From assembly GCA_017462015.1 (NCBI GenBank), contig JAFTRX010000078.1, positions 42,740-106,739 of the forward strand: 64,000 bases of DNA, in the 5' to 3' direction. The DNA comes from Lentisphaeria bacterium (lineage in GTDB: Bacteria > Verrucomicrobiota > Lentisphaeria > Victivallales > Victivallaceae). Shown here one piece after another: positions 54,317-62,648 of the stretch. The translations under genes were made by a program, and so were the position numbers. How positions within the stretch are numbered: the first letter of the stretch is position 1; every line of letters starts with the position of its first letter. Under the pieces are notes generated by a model, which saw only the letters and a program-made list of their open reading frames with translations, had not been told where the DNA came from and did not search any database.

Positions 54317-56596
54317 TTAAAGTTTGTCCGCAAGAGCGCGGAGTTTTACCAAATCAAGTTTTCCGCTGCCCAGAAGCGGAAGTCCATCGATTTTGACAAA
54401 GTCATCAGCTTTGGGGATCCAGATGTTGGGCAGACCTTCTTTGCGCATGGCATCGATCACCGCAGGAATATCAAAGTCATCGGCAGTGTAGAAGACCACC
54501 AGACGTTCACCCTTGCGGCTGTCACCGCGTCCGGCGACAGCGATTTCCCGGACTTCCCGGTTACGGATGCGGGAGATGGTCTCTTCCACACCTTCATGCG
54601 GAACCATTTCGCCGCCGATCTTGCTGAAACGGCTGGCGCGGCCGGTGATGTAAACGTAGCCGTCGAGGTCCATTTTTGCAATATCACCGGTGTCATAATA
54701 ACCGTCCTGAAGGACGCGGGCGGTGAGTTCTTCGTCGTTGAGGTAGCCTTTCATTACGGAACCTGCCATGACCTGCATCCTGCCGCTCTGTCCCGGGGCG
54801 AGTTCCACGCCGGTATCGGGATCGACGATGCGGATGTGGATACCCGGAAGCGGACAACCGATACTGCCCGGATGGTCAGCTTTTTTACCGAGAGCGTAGA
54901 TGGAGTTGCTCAAGTTGATGGTGGCGATGGGGGACAATTCGGTACATCCGTAACCTTCGATGATGTCTCTGCCGGTCATGTCGTGGAACTTGGCGGCGAG
55001 TTCCGGACGGAGTTTTTCCGCGCCGGTGATGACCAGACGGAGGGTCTTGAAGTCCTCGCCGGTGGCTTTGGTCATATATTTTTGGAGGAAGGTCGGAGTG
55101 GCGGTCAGGATGGTGAGTTTGAAATCACGCACTGATTTCACCAGCATCGCCGCATCCAGAGGATTGGGAATAAGCGCCGTCATGGTGCCGAAAATCGACG
55201 GGAAGGCGAAACCGACCATGAAGCCGTAGGCGTGGAACATCGGCAAATTTCCGGCGATGCGGTCGATATTGCGCGCCCAGTCGATGACACGGACAAAGGA
55301 CAAGGTGTTGCAGGTCAGGTTGTGGTGGGTGAGCATGACCGCTTTCGGCTGTCCGGTGGAACCGCTGGAGAAGAGCAGAACTGCCTGATTGTGCATGTTG
55401 TGACAGCTGGAGGGGGCAAGGTTGCGGACGATGGTACGTCCGGGCAGGAAGAGTGCCATCAGAAGCGCCTTGATTTTGTCAGATTTTTTGATTTGTGGAA
55501 CGAGGTCTTCGAGGAAGACCATCTCCGGAGAGACTTCCCATTTGAGTTTTTCCAGGAATCTCCGGCTGGTGAGGATCTTTTTGATACCGGCGCGACGGGC
55601 GGCGGCGAGGGCCACTTCCTGACCGCTGGAAAAGTTGATCATTGCCGGAGTCCGGTCAGAACACATCACTGCCAGAAGAGCAACTGCGGCAATGGGCATG
55701 TTGGGGAGCAGAACACCGGTATATTGGGTGTTGTCACCGGCGTTGAGTTTCCGGAGCAGACGGGAGAAGATGATGACCCGGACCAAGGTGTTGAAGTTGT
55801 TTACCATATCGCCGGTGGCGCCATCGGCAAAGGTGGTTTTGAACGGGTGGCGCTTGGCGTTGAAGACGAAGTTGGTGTGCAGCGGACGTTCACCGGGCTG
55901 GATCTGTCTTTCGGCAATGGCACCCAGCTTGGAGATGGTCTGACGCAGTTCAAAAGCGGAAAGTTTGGCGGAGATGGGGGCGCCGACCAGAATGGAGTAG
56001 TCGACCGGCCAGCTCAAGGGGGTGCGCAGATGGAGTTTACCGTCATGGATGCCGGACATTCTGCCGGAGACCATGCCCAGACGGATCGGGATGATCGGAA
56101 CGTCAAGTTCCGGCGGAAGCAGCGGGGACACACCGGAACGGAAACGCATCAGACTTCCGTTGCCGGAGATGGCACCTTCCGGGAAAAAGCAGAGCATTTC
56201 TCCTTTGCGCAAGCGTCTTTTGGATTCTTCAAAGAACTTGACCATTGCTTTGGGGCGGCGGATGTTGGGAACTTCCATCACGCCGAGATAACGGAATATC
56301 CAGCGGATCGGGAGGAAGCTGACTAAACTGGTGTGAACCATGAAGCGGACTTTTCTCCGGGCGATCGCCTGGATCATGATCAAATCGAGCAGAGAGATGT
56401 GATTTGATACCAGCAGTACCGGGCCGGAATAGGGGATGTTTGCCGTACCGTTGATGCGCACGCGCAACATGACGATACGCAATATCCAGCCGGCAATTCT
56501 GAGCATGAGTTTCGGGGAAATTAGCACCCAGAGAATGATAAGCGCCAGCACCGCGTAAACGATGGACAACCAGTGTTCAGACAACCATTGAATCAT
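54317..56596 (-). CDS. aas: Bifunctional acyltransferase / acyl-ACP (AMP-forming) synthetase, Aas-like
   Basis: The N-terminal PlsC-type domain has NHISLLD (HX4D) and FPEG. The C-terminal adenylate-forming domain has LFSSGSTGQPKAV, GYGCTE, TGD and GGEMV. Confidence 0.8.
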   Translation of the reverse strand: MIQWLSEHWLSIVYAVLALIILWVLISPKLMLRIAGWILRIVMLRVRINGTANIPYSGPVLLVSNHISLLDLIMIQAIARRKVRFMVHTSLVSFLPIRWIFRYLGVMEVPNIRRPKAMVKFFEESKRRLRKGEMLCFFPEGAISGNGSLMRFRSGVSPLLPPELDVPIIPIRLGMVSGRMSGIHDGKLHLRTPLSWPVDYSILVGAPISAKLSAFELRQTISKLGAIAERQIQPGERPLHTNFVFNAKRHPFKTTFADGATGDMVNNFNTLVRVIIFSRLLRKLNAGDNTQYTGVLLPNMPIAAVALLAVMCSDRTPAMINFSSGQEVALAAARRAGIKKILTSRRFLEKLKWEVSPEMVFLEDLVPQIKKSDKIKALLMALFLPGRTIVRNLAPSSCHNMHNQAVLLFSSGSTGQPKAVMLTHHNLTCNTLSFVRVIDWARNIDRIAGNLPMFHAYGFMVGFAFPSIFGTMTALIPNPLDAAMLVKSVRDFKLTILTATPTFLQKYMTKATGEDFKTLRLVITGAEKLRPELAAKFHDMTGRDIIEGYGCTELSPIATINLSNSIYALGKKADHPGSIGCPLPGIHIRIVDPDTGVELAPGQSGRMQVMAGSVMKGYLNDEELTARVLQDGYYDTGDIAKMDLDGYVYITGRASRFSKIGGEMVPHEGVEETISRIRNREVREIAVAGRGDSRKGERLVVFYTADDFDIPAVIDAMRKEGLPNIWIPKADDFVKIDGLPLLGSGKLDLVKLRALADKL

Positions 56597-56652
56597 ATAA
56601 AACTCCTTAAAAATTTTTTAAATTACTTTTCACTGAAAGATAACATTCCCAT

Positions 56653-56681
56653 AATATAACACCGGAACTGTTCTTTTTCAA
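56653..56681 (-). promoter_or_regulatory. Putative promoter of aas-eda-...-recQ (TTGAAA-17-TGtTATATT)
   Basis: On the minus strand the sequence reads TTGAAA aagaacagttccggtgt TATATT with an extended-10 TG. It lies about 55 nt upstream of ATG 56596, which has an AAGGAG SD. Confidence 0.5.
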
Positions 56682-56691
56682 TAGCAGTACG

Positions 56692-58593
56692 TCAGAAAAG
56701 TTCCCCCCGGTCCCATGCCGCGCTGAAATCTTCCGGTTCTGTTTTTGCATCTTTTTGTACAGTTTCAGGTTGCGGAGTGCCGGAGAGGAATTCATCGAGG
56801 GAGAGGATGGTGACATTGAATCTGGCGGCAGCTTTCAGTTTGGAACTGCCGGAAGCGGGGTCTGCCGCCACCAGAAAAGTCAGCGTTGAAGAAACCGCAT
56901 CCACCGGGCGCAGGTTGCGTTCCCGGGCGAGATTTTCGTAGAAGGAACGTTTTTCGGGCATTTTCCCGGTAAAGCAGATCGTCGGCATGTCGCCGGAAAC
57001 GGCTTGCTGCCGGAGCGGGGTGGTGACTGCAAGCAGACGGTCGATATCCTCTTTTTCAGTGGTAAAGGTCTCCGTGATGGCACTGGCACGCTCCGGACCG
57101 ATGCCGGGGATGGCGGCAAGAGTGGTTTCATCGAGGGTGCGGAGCTGGGAGATGGAATAATTTTCCAGGAGCAGAGCGGCGATGTTGATTCCGACATTGG
57201 GAATGTTCAAAGCGGCGATGATGTTGGCTTCCGGCGCTTGTTTGCGCTTGGCGATCTCATTGGCGAGATTGCCGGCACTGCGCTCTTTGAAGCCTTCGAT
57301 TTGCATAAGGTCACTTGCGGTCAGAGTCAATATTTCATGGAGCTTGGTGATGTGGAACTTTTCCATAAGTTTCCGCAAAGTCGGTTCTCCCAGCCGTTCG
57401 ATGCCGAAGTTACGGACGGCGGCAAGGAGGTTGAACAGTATCGTTTCCGGGCAATCGCGGTTGGGACAGCACAGCTCCGGGCCGCGCCGGACAAGTTTTG
57501 TGCCGCAGGAGGGACACCCGGTTATCCACGGAGAAGAACGGAACAAGCCGGGAGAACAGTCGCTGATATAAGGTATGACATCTCCTGCGCGTTCAACGGT
57601 CACGGTGTCCCCGATCATTATCTGCATCTCTTCAATATTCTGAGCATTGTGCAGAGAAGCCCGCTTGATGGTGATGCCGGAGAGGTCGACCGGTTCCAGC
57701 TGTGCCACCGGAGTGAGGCAGTTTTTGCCGAAACTCCACTCGATGCCGGTCAAAGTGGTCTGGCATTTCAAATTGGTGAATTTGTAGGCGATTTCCCCGC
57801 GGGGATGGTGAGAGGTGGAGCCCAGACTCTTGCGAAACTCTTCATCGGCGAATTTGAGGACGATACCGTCCATGGGGTAGGGGAGTTCTGCCAGTTCAGC
57901 TTTCAGATTTTCCCAGCGGCGCGCAAGATCTTCCAGTGGAACTTTTATGGAGATGAGTCGGTAATCGACCAGAGTGAGTTTTGCCTTCTGCACGAGCATT
58001 TCAGAAATATCTTTCAACCCCATGATACCGGCGACGGCGTTGCGGGAATTTTTATAAGTACCGCCGCCTTTTTTGCGGATGGTGGAATAGAGGTTTTTGA
58101 AGTCGTCGTTCCGGATGATGATCTCTCCCCGCGCCGGGCGATCGACTTTGCCGGTGTAACCGGGAGCTTCCAGTTCGATCAGAGGGAGTTTGCCGGAGAT
58201 GTTTTCCCCGGTTTCGCCATCGCCGCGTGTGGAGAGGATTTTTCCGTCAAAACCGGCAGAAATGCCGTCGTACTTGGGTTCGACCAGAAGCAGTTCCCCG
58301 GGGGAGCGGGCATATTTGTTTGCCCATTCCAGAAGAGCTTCCAGAGAGTAGGCTTTATCCAGAGAGAGCATGGGTTCAGTGTGGCGCACTTTGCCGGAAC
58401 TTTCCACAGTGACGGAGTGTACAGCATTGACCAGCTCGTGGTTCGGGGCAAGTTTTTTCAAGGCTTCGAGCAGGCGGTCATAATCGGCATCGCTGATCTC
58501 AGGAGCATTGGCATCCCAGTAGAGCTGATTGTGATATTTTATCAGCTCTTCAAGCTGGGAAATATTCATCTTTTCCGGTTCAAAAGTGGTCAT
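56692..58593 (-). CDS. ligA: NAD-dependent DNA ligase LigA
   Basis: It has the adenylation motif VEPKYDGIS and the Zn finger CPSCGTKLVRRGPELCCPNRDCP. HhH repeats and a C-terminal BRCT-like region (ICFTGKM...) follow. Confidence 0.9.
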   Translation of the reverse strand: MTTFEPEKMNISQLEELIKYHNQLYWDANAPEISDADYDRLLEALKKLAPNHELVNAVHSVTVESSGKVRHTEPMLSLDKAYSLEALLEWANKYARSPGELLLVEPKYDGISAGFDGKILSTRGDGETGENISGKLPLIELEAPGYTGKVDRPARGEIIIRNDDFKNLYSTIRKKGGGTYKNSRNAVAGIMGLKDISEMLVQKAKLTLVDYRLISIKVPLEDLARRWENLKAELAELPYPMDGIVLKFADEEFRKSLGSTSHHPRGEIAYKFTNLKCQTTLTGIEWSFGKNCLTPVAQLEPVDLSGITIKRASLHNAQNIEEMQIMIGDTVTVERAGDVIPYISDCSPGLFRSSPWITGCPSCGTKLVRRGPELCCPNRDCPETILFNLLAAVRNFGIERLGEPTLRKLMEKFHITKLHEILTLTASDLMQIEGFKERSAGNLANEIAKRKQAPEANIIAALNIPNVGINIAALLLENYSISQLRTLDETTLAAIPGIGPERASAITETFTTEKEDIDRLLAVTTPLRQQAVSGDMPTICFTGKMPEKRSFYENLARERNLRPVDAVSSTLTFLVAADPASGSSKLKAAARFNVTILSLDEFLSGTPQPETVQKDAKTEPEDFSAAWDRGELF

Positions 58594-58635
58594 GGGGCAG
58601 GGTTCCTTTAAATTTGTTGAAATATTTTGCCTTGA

Positions 58636-58664
58636 AATATAACTCTTGAGATTGAATTTTTCAA
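58636..58664 (-). promoter_or_regulatory. Putative ligA promoter (TTGAAA-17-TATATT)
   Basis: On the minus strand the sequence reads TTGAAA aattcaatctcaagagt TATATT. It is interdigitated with the asd promoter. Confidence 0.45.
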
Positions 58665-58680
58665 CCTTGAGAATTATATT
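58652..58680 (+). promoter_or_regulatory. Putative asd promoter (TTGAAT-17-TATATT)
   Basis: TTGAAT at 58652-58657, a 17-nt spacer, and TATATT at 58675-58680, 80 nt upstream of the asd ATG. Confidence 0.45.
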
Positions 58681-58759
58681 ATAAAGCTATTAATGCGCTT
58701 TTGAGCAAAAACGGTACAAAAAATTTATCCGTAATCGTCAAAGAAAGAGAAAAAAGAGT

Positions 58760-59764
58760 ATGTCAAAAAGCTACACTGTTGCTGTTGCCGGTGCCACTGG
58801 TGCAGTCGGCGTCGAAATGGTCAAAACGCTGGAAAAACGTAATTTTCCGGTGAAAAATCTTAAACTTCTGGCTTCTGCCCGCTCTGCCGGTAAAACTATG
58901 GAGTTCCGCGGTGAAAAGCTGGTCATTGAAGAGATGACAGAAAACTCTTTCAAAGGAGTCGACATCGCCCTCTTCTCCGCCGGCGGTGATATCTCCCGCG
59001 CGTACCGTCAGATCGTGGTCGATTCCGGCGCGGTGATGGTCGATAACTCCAGCGCGTTCCGTATGGATGACGATGTGCCGCTGGTCGTGCCCGAAGTCAA
59101 CCCCGAAGATGTCGCCAAACACAACGGCGTTATCGCCAACCCCAACTGCACCACCGCCATCATGCTGGTCGCCGTTGCTCCGCTGCACCGTGCCAAAAAG
59201 CTCCGCCGTCTGGTCGCTTCGACCTATCAGGCTGCCAGCGGTGCCGGTGCCAAAGGTATGCAGGAACTTATTGAACAGACCCGTCAGATTCTCAATGGCG
59301 AAGCGATCGATCCCAAGGCGTTTGCCCACCGTATCGCGTTCAATTTGATCCCCCACATCGACTCCTTCTGTGCCAACGGTTACACCAAGGAAGAGTTGAA
59401 GATGGTCAATGAATCCCGCAAGATGCTGCATATTCCCGATTTGATGGTGAGCTGCACCAGTGTCCGTATCCCGGCGCTGCGCGCACACTCCGAATCGTTG
59501 AACATGGAATTTGTTGAAGACATCACTCCGGAAGAGGTTCGTGCCATTCTGGAAGCTGCTCCCGGCGTGACCGTGGTCGATGATCCGGAAGCCAAGCGTT
59601 ATCCGATGCCGGTCGATGCTACGGAAAAATATGATGTGCTTGCCGGACGTATCCGTCAGGACATCTCCCGCAACGATAAAAAGGGTATCGAGATGTTTGT
59701 CTCCGGCGATCAGCTGCTCAAAGGCGCCGCGCTCAACGCGGTTCAGATCGCTGAACTGCTCTGA
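58760..59764 (+). CDS. asd: Aspartate-semialdehyde dehydrogenase
   Basis: VAVAGATGAVG, the active site NPNCTT, and SGAG / VRIPALRAHSES blocks. Confidence 0.95.
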   Translation: MSKSYTVAVAGATGAVGVEMVKTLEKRNFPVKNLKLLASARSAGKTMEFRGEKLVIEEMTENSFKGVDIALFSAGGDISRAYRQIVVDSGAVMVDNSSAFRMDDDVPLVVPEVNPEDVAKHNGVIANPNCTTAIMLVAVAPLHRAKKLRRLVASTYQAASGAGAKGMQELIEQTRQILNGEAIDPKAFAHRIAFNLIPHIDSFCANGYTKEELKMVNESRKMLHIPDLMVSCTSVRIPALRAHSESLNMEFVEDITPEEVRAILEAAPGVTVVDDPEAKRYPMPVDATEKYDVLAGRIRQDISRNDKKGIEMFVSGDQLLKGAALNAVQIAELL

Positions 59765-59775
59765 AAATATCGATT

Positions 59776-61389
59776 ATGAAACGCACATATCCGGAAACTT
59801 GCAGAAAAAGTTTTTCCGCAGTGCTGCTCCTGTTGGTGACGGCACTGCTTGCCGGATGTGTGCCGAAAACTGCCGATTCCGCCCGATTCAATGCCATATC
59901 TGCGCATCTTGAACCGGGCGGAAGCAATTATGCAGTATGGAACAGTGCGAGTCTGTTTTCCGTTTTGGAACGGCGCGCGCTTAAATTTGAACGGGACTTG
60001 CAGTCGTCCAAACTCTCCGCCGCCGGAAAAGCTGAAATGCAGCGCAAACTGGTGCTTTTCCGCTTGCTTTTGGAAATATCCGGATTGCGTGATTTGCAGG
60101 GCATTGGTGCAAGTTCAGTCAAAGTTGCTCAAGAGTATTACCGGAGCCGGGTGTTTGCCGCCATGCCGCCGGATGCGGGAGGCTTGCTGAATAATCTTGT
60201 GTCAAAGCAGAGTTCGCCGCGTGATGCGGTCATTGGAGAGCTGCCGGCATCTGTTCAGTATGTCGTTGCCGCTGATCTTTCATTGAAAGCGGTGATCGAT
60301 GCCTTTGTTGCGACCGGAGATGTCGGAATACAGTTCGTTTCACAGTTGGCACTGCCGAAAAATGTTGATTTATCTGTGCTGAACAAAGTCAACGGCTATG
60401 TGGTACTGGCATTTGCGCGAAAAGCCGGACACGCGCCGGAAGACGAAGGTTTCATGTTGAGTTTCCCTGATGAAAAAGGTGAATTGTTCGAGGCTGTAAT
60501 CAATGCGTTGCGCTTGCAGAGCCGGGTGGATAAGAAGTCCAAACGGATGGAGCTGCCGGGGCGCAATGGTGACGGAGCTGTCATCTGTCACAAGGACAGA
60601 AGAATGTACTTTTACAGCGATGCGCAAGGTGAAAAAATCTTTGCATTGTCACCGGATGTGCCGCGTTTGAAAGATGATAAAGATTTTATCAAATGGAACA
60701 CCGGCTTGCCGGAATCCGGATGCGCGTTCCTCTATATCCGTTCCGGTGCCAAAGTCTTCGGTGAAAAATTTTTGCCGGACAGTGTAGTGCTTACCAGAGA
60801 GAAGGATGGACTTTTGCTGGTGCGCAACAGCAGTAATGATTTTTCCGGAGAAGCGTTTGAATTGTTGTTGAACCGGTGGCAGAAGCGGTTGCTGACCCCG
60901 GTAAAAGGTATTGATGTTCCGGCTGAAGTCCGGAAGAAAAAGAGCGTTCAGCCGGATAAAAAGGCGGTCGCAGTGCCGCAGATTGATTGCCGTAAAAATA
61001 TGTTGGAAATATTCAAAGAGCTGAAAGCTTATGCCGGAAAAAATGGCGGAGCGTTCCCCGCTGAAGCCGGTTTGGGCGGATTGAAAAAGCTCCGGTCAGT
61101 CAACGTACAGAAACTTGCCGGCAGTAAAAAATATTTCTATCTCGGATATAACAAAAACTTTGCCGCAGAGAAGAATATTCCGCTTCTCATTGACAGCAGG
61201 AGTCATTCCGGCCGGATATGTGTGCTTTACACCGATGGGGTCATGCGTCACTTTGATTTGTCAAATCCCGGTCATTGCCGGAGAGTTATAAGTTTCCTTT
61301 TTACCGTGCACCGGTGGAAGATGGATGTGTTTCAATTCCTGGTAAGACAGGCGGATATCCTGGATAATGCAACCTTGAACAAGGAGTGA
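59776..61389 (+). CDS. Lipoprotein with a C-terminal H-X9-DG (DUF1559-like) module but no pilin helix
   Basis: It has the lipobox LLVTALLAGC. The C-terminal CRKNMLEIFKELKAYAGKNGGAFP and HSGRICVLYTDG (H-X9-DG) mirror the pseudopilin-like protein at 13949..14695. Confidence 0.6.
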   Translation: MKRTYPETCRKSFSAVLLLLVTALLAGCVPKTADSARFNAISAHLEPGGSNYAVWNSASLFSVLERRALKFERDLQSSKLSAAGKAEMQRKLVLFRLLLEISGLRDLQGIGASSVKVAQEYYRSRVFAAMPPDAGGLLNNLVSKQSSPRDAVIGELPASVQYVVAADLSLKAVIDAFVATGDVGIQFVSQLALPKNVDLSVLNKVNGYVVLAFARKAGHAPEDEGFMLSFPDEKGELFEAVINALRLQSRVDKKSKRMELPGRNGDGAVICHKDRRMYFYSDAQGEKIFALSPDVPRLKDDKDFIKWNTGLPESGCAFLYIRSGAKVFGEKFLPDSVVLTREKDGLLLVRNSSNDFSGEAFELLLNRWQKRLLTPVKGIDVPAEVRKKKSVQPDKKAVAVPQIDCRKNMLEIFKELKAYAGKNGGAFPAEAGLGGLKKLRSVNVQKLAGSKKYFYLGYNKNFAAEKNIPLLIDSRSHSGRICVLYTDGVMRHFDLSNPGHCRRVISFLFTVHRWKMDVFQFLVRQADILDNATLNKE

Positions 61390-61395
61390 ACTGTT

Positions 61396-61947
61396 ATGGA
61401 GCAGTCAGATAAAAACGGACAGCGGGATGTCCGCAAGCTGAACAATGATTTTTTCCGCGCACTTGATAACTACGCCGAAGCCCTTTCTCTGGAGGAGCTT
61501 TCCCAGCTTTCCGGCGTGAAGATCGAACTGTTGCGCCGCTATCTTGACCGGAAAGTCCGGACTATCCGGGCGGAGACCTGGGATCGCATTTATCCGGCAT
61601 TGAAACCCTATCTCGAAGGACCGGAACCGATGCCGGAACCGCCGCCGCGTATCGGCAGTGCCTACCGGCGCCACCCGGAATTGGTGGAAATGCTCAGTGA
61701 ACAGAAGGTGCTTCTGGATGAGTTTGCCATCTTTTCGGAATCGGAAAAGAAAGAGATCATCGCCGGTTTTGCTTCCGCATTGGGCAGCAGTGCGGAACCT
61801 GCGGGGTATTCCAGTTTGTCGGCGCAGGAAAACAAACTTATGGGCATTTTTCTTGCGATGAGCAAAGAGATGCAGGATGAACAACTTGCCATTCTCACCA
61901 CCCGTGCCACGCAGGAAGCGCGCCGCCGCCGGGAAAACCTTTTTTGA
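61396..61947 (+). CDS. Hypothetical cytoplasmic protein, possible HTH near the N-terminus
   Basis: 183-aa ORF that starts 6 nt after the upstream stop. LSLEELSQLSGVKIELLRRYLDRK looks HTH-like. I recognise no family. Confidence 0.45.
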   Translation: MEQSDKNGQRDVRKLNNDFFRALDNYAEALSLEELSQLSGVKIELLRRYLDRKVRTIRAETWDRIYPALKPYLEGPEPMPEPPPRIGSAYRRHPELVEMLSEQKVLLDEFAIFSESEKKEIIAGFASALGSSAEPAGYSSLSAQENKLMGIFLAMSKEMQDEQLAILTTRATQEARRRRENLF

Positions 61948-61983
61948 TCGAATCACCAAACCTAAATTACGGAGGATTTTATT

Positions 61984-62619
61984 ATGTATATCGGAAGAAT
62001 CGTTGCTTTCGGAATGACTAAAGACGGCCGTCCCTGCGCCATGTACCGGGTCTCATCCCGTTCTTTCCCCAACCGCCGCGCGGTTGAAAACAACGGCAAT
62101 ATCGCCATCATTCCCCGTGAAGGTGCCGAAGGCGACCTTGCCAAGAATCCGTATATCAGCTACAACTGTCTGCGCATAGCCGGTGAATGGGCCATTGCCA
62201 CCAACGGTTCCCAGACTGACCCCATCACGGAAAAGATCGCCGCCGGAATGCCGGTGCGTGATGCCATCACCATGTGTCTGCTGGCGATGGATTATGAGAA
62301 AGACTCCCTTGACACTCCGCGTGTGGTTGCCGTTGCCGGCAGAGAATCCAAACTCGGTTATCTCGGCATCGTCCGCAAGGATGCGGTGATGGTGCGGGAA
62401 TTCAAGATGGAACCGGGCGTGGCGCGTTATATCTCCACCTACGAGTGCAATGCTCCCTGCGATACCAATGTCGATACCAACTTCGATGCAGCGTGCGAAA
62501 ACTGCGCGGTCAAGTACGTTGTTGACGGCGGTGTTTTTGCCGGTTTTGAAAACCCGGTCACCAGTGCCGCGGCGATCGCCACGGAAGATGGCTTCGCTCT
62601 GGCGACGCTTGTTTGCTGA
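61984..62619 (+). CDS. purO: Archaeal-type IMP cyclohydrolase PurO
   Basis: MYIGRIVAFG...YRVSSRSFPNR...NPYISYNCLRI...TNGSQTDPI...LLAMDYEKDSLDTPRV closely matches the PurO family as I remember it. A GGAGGA SD lies 7 nt upstream. Confidence 0.8.
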   Translation: MYIGRIVAFGMTKDGRPCAMYRVSSRSFPNRRAVENNGNIAIIPREGAEGDLAKNPYISYNCLRIAGEWAIATNGSQTDPITEKIAAGMPVRDAITMCLLAMDYEKDSLDTPRVVAVAGRESKLGYLGIVRKDAVMVREFKMEPGVARYISTYECNAPCDTNVDTNFDAACENCAVKYVVDGGVFAGFENPVTSAAAIATEDGFALATLVC

Positions 62620-62648
62620 ACAACTGAAACATTCTTCGGAGAAGCAGG

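Noticed and set aside
55232-58611. Plus-strand ORFs of 364 aa (55232..56326) and 535 aa (57004..58611).
   Set aside because: They are antisense shadows of aas and ligA.
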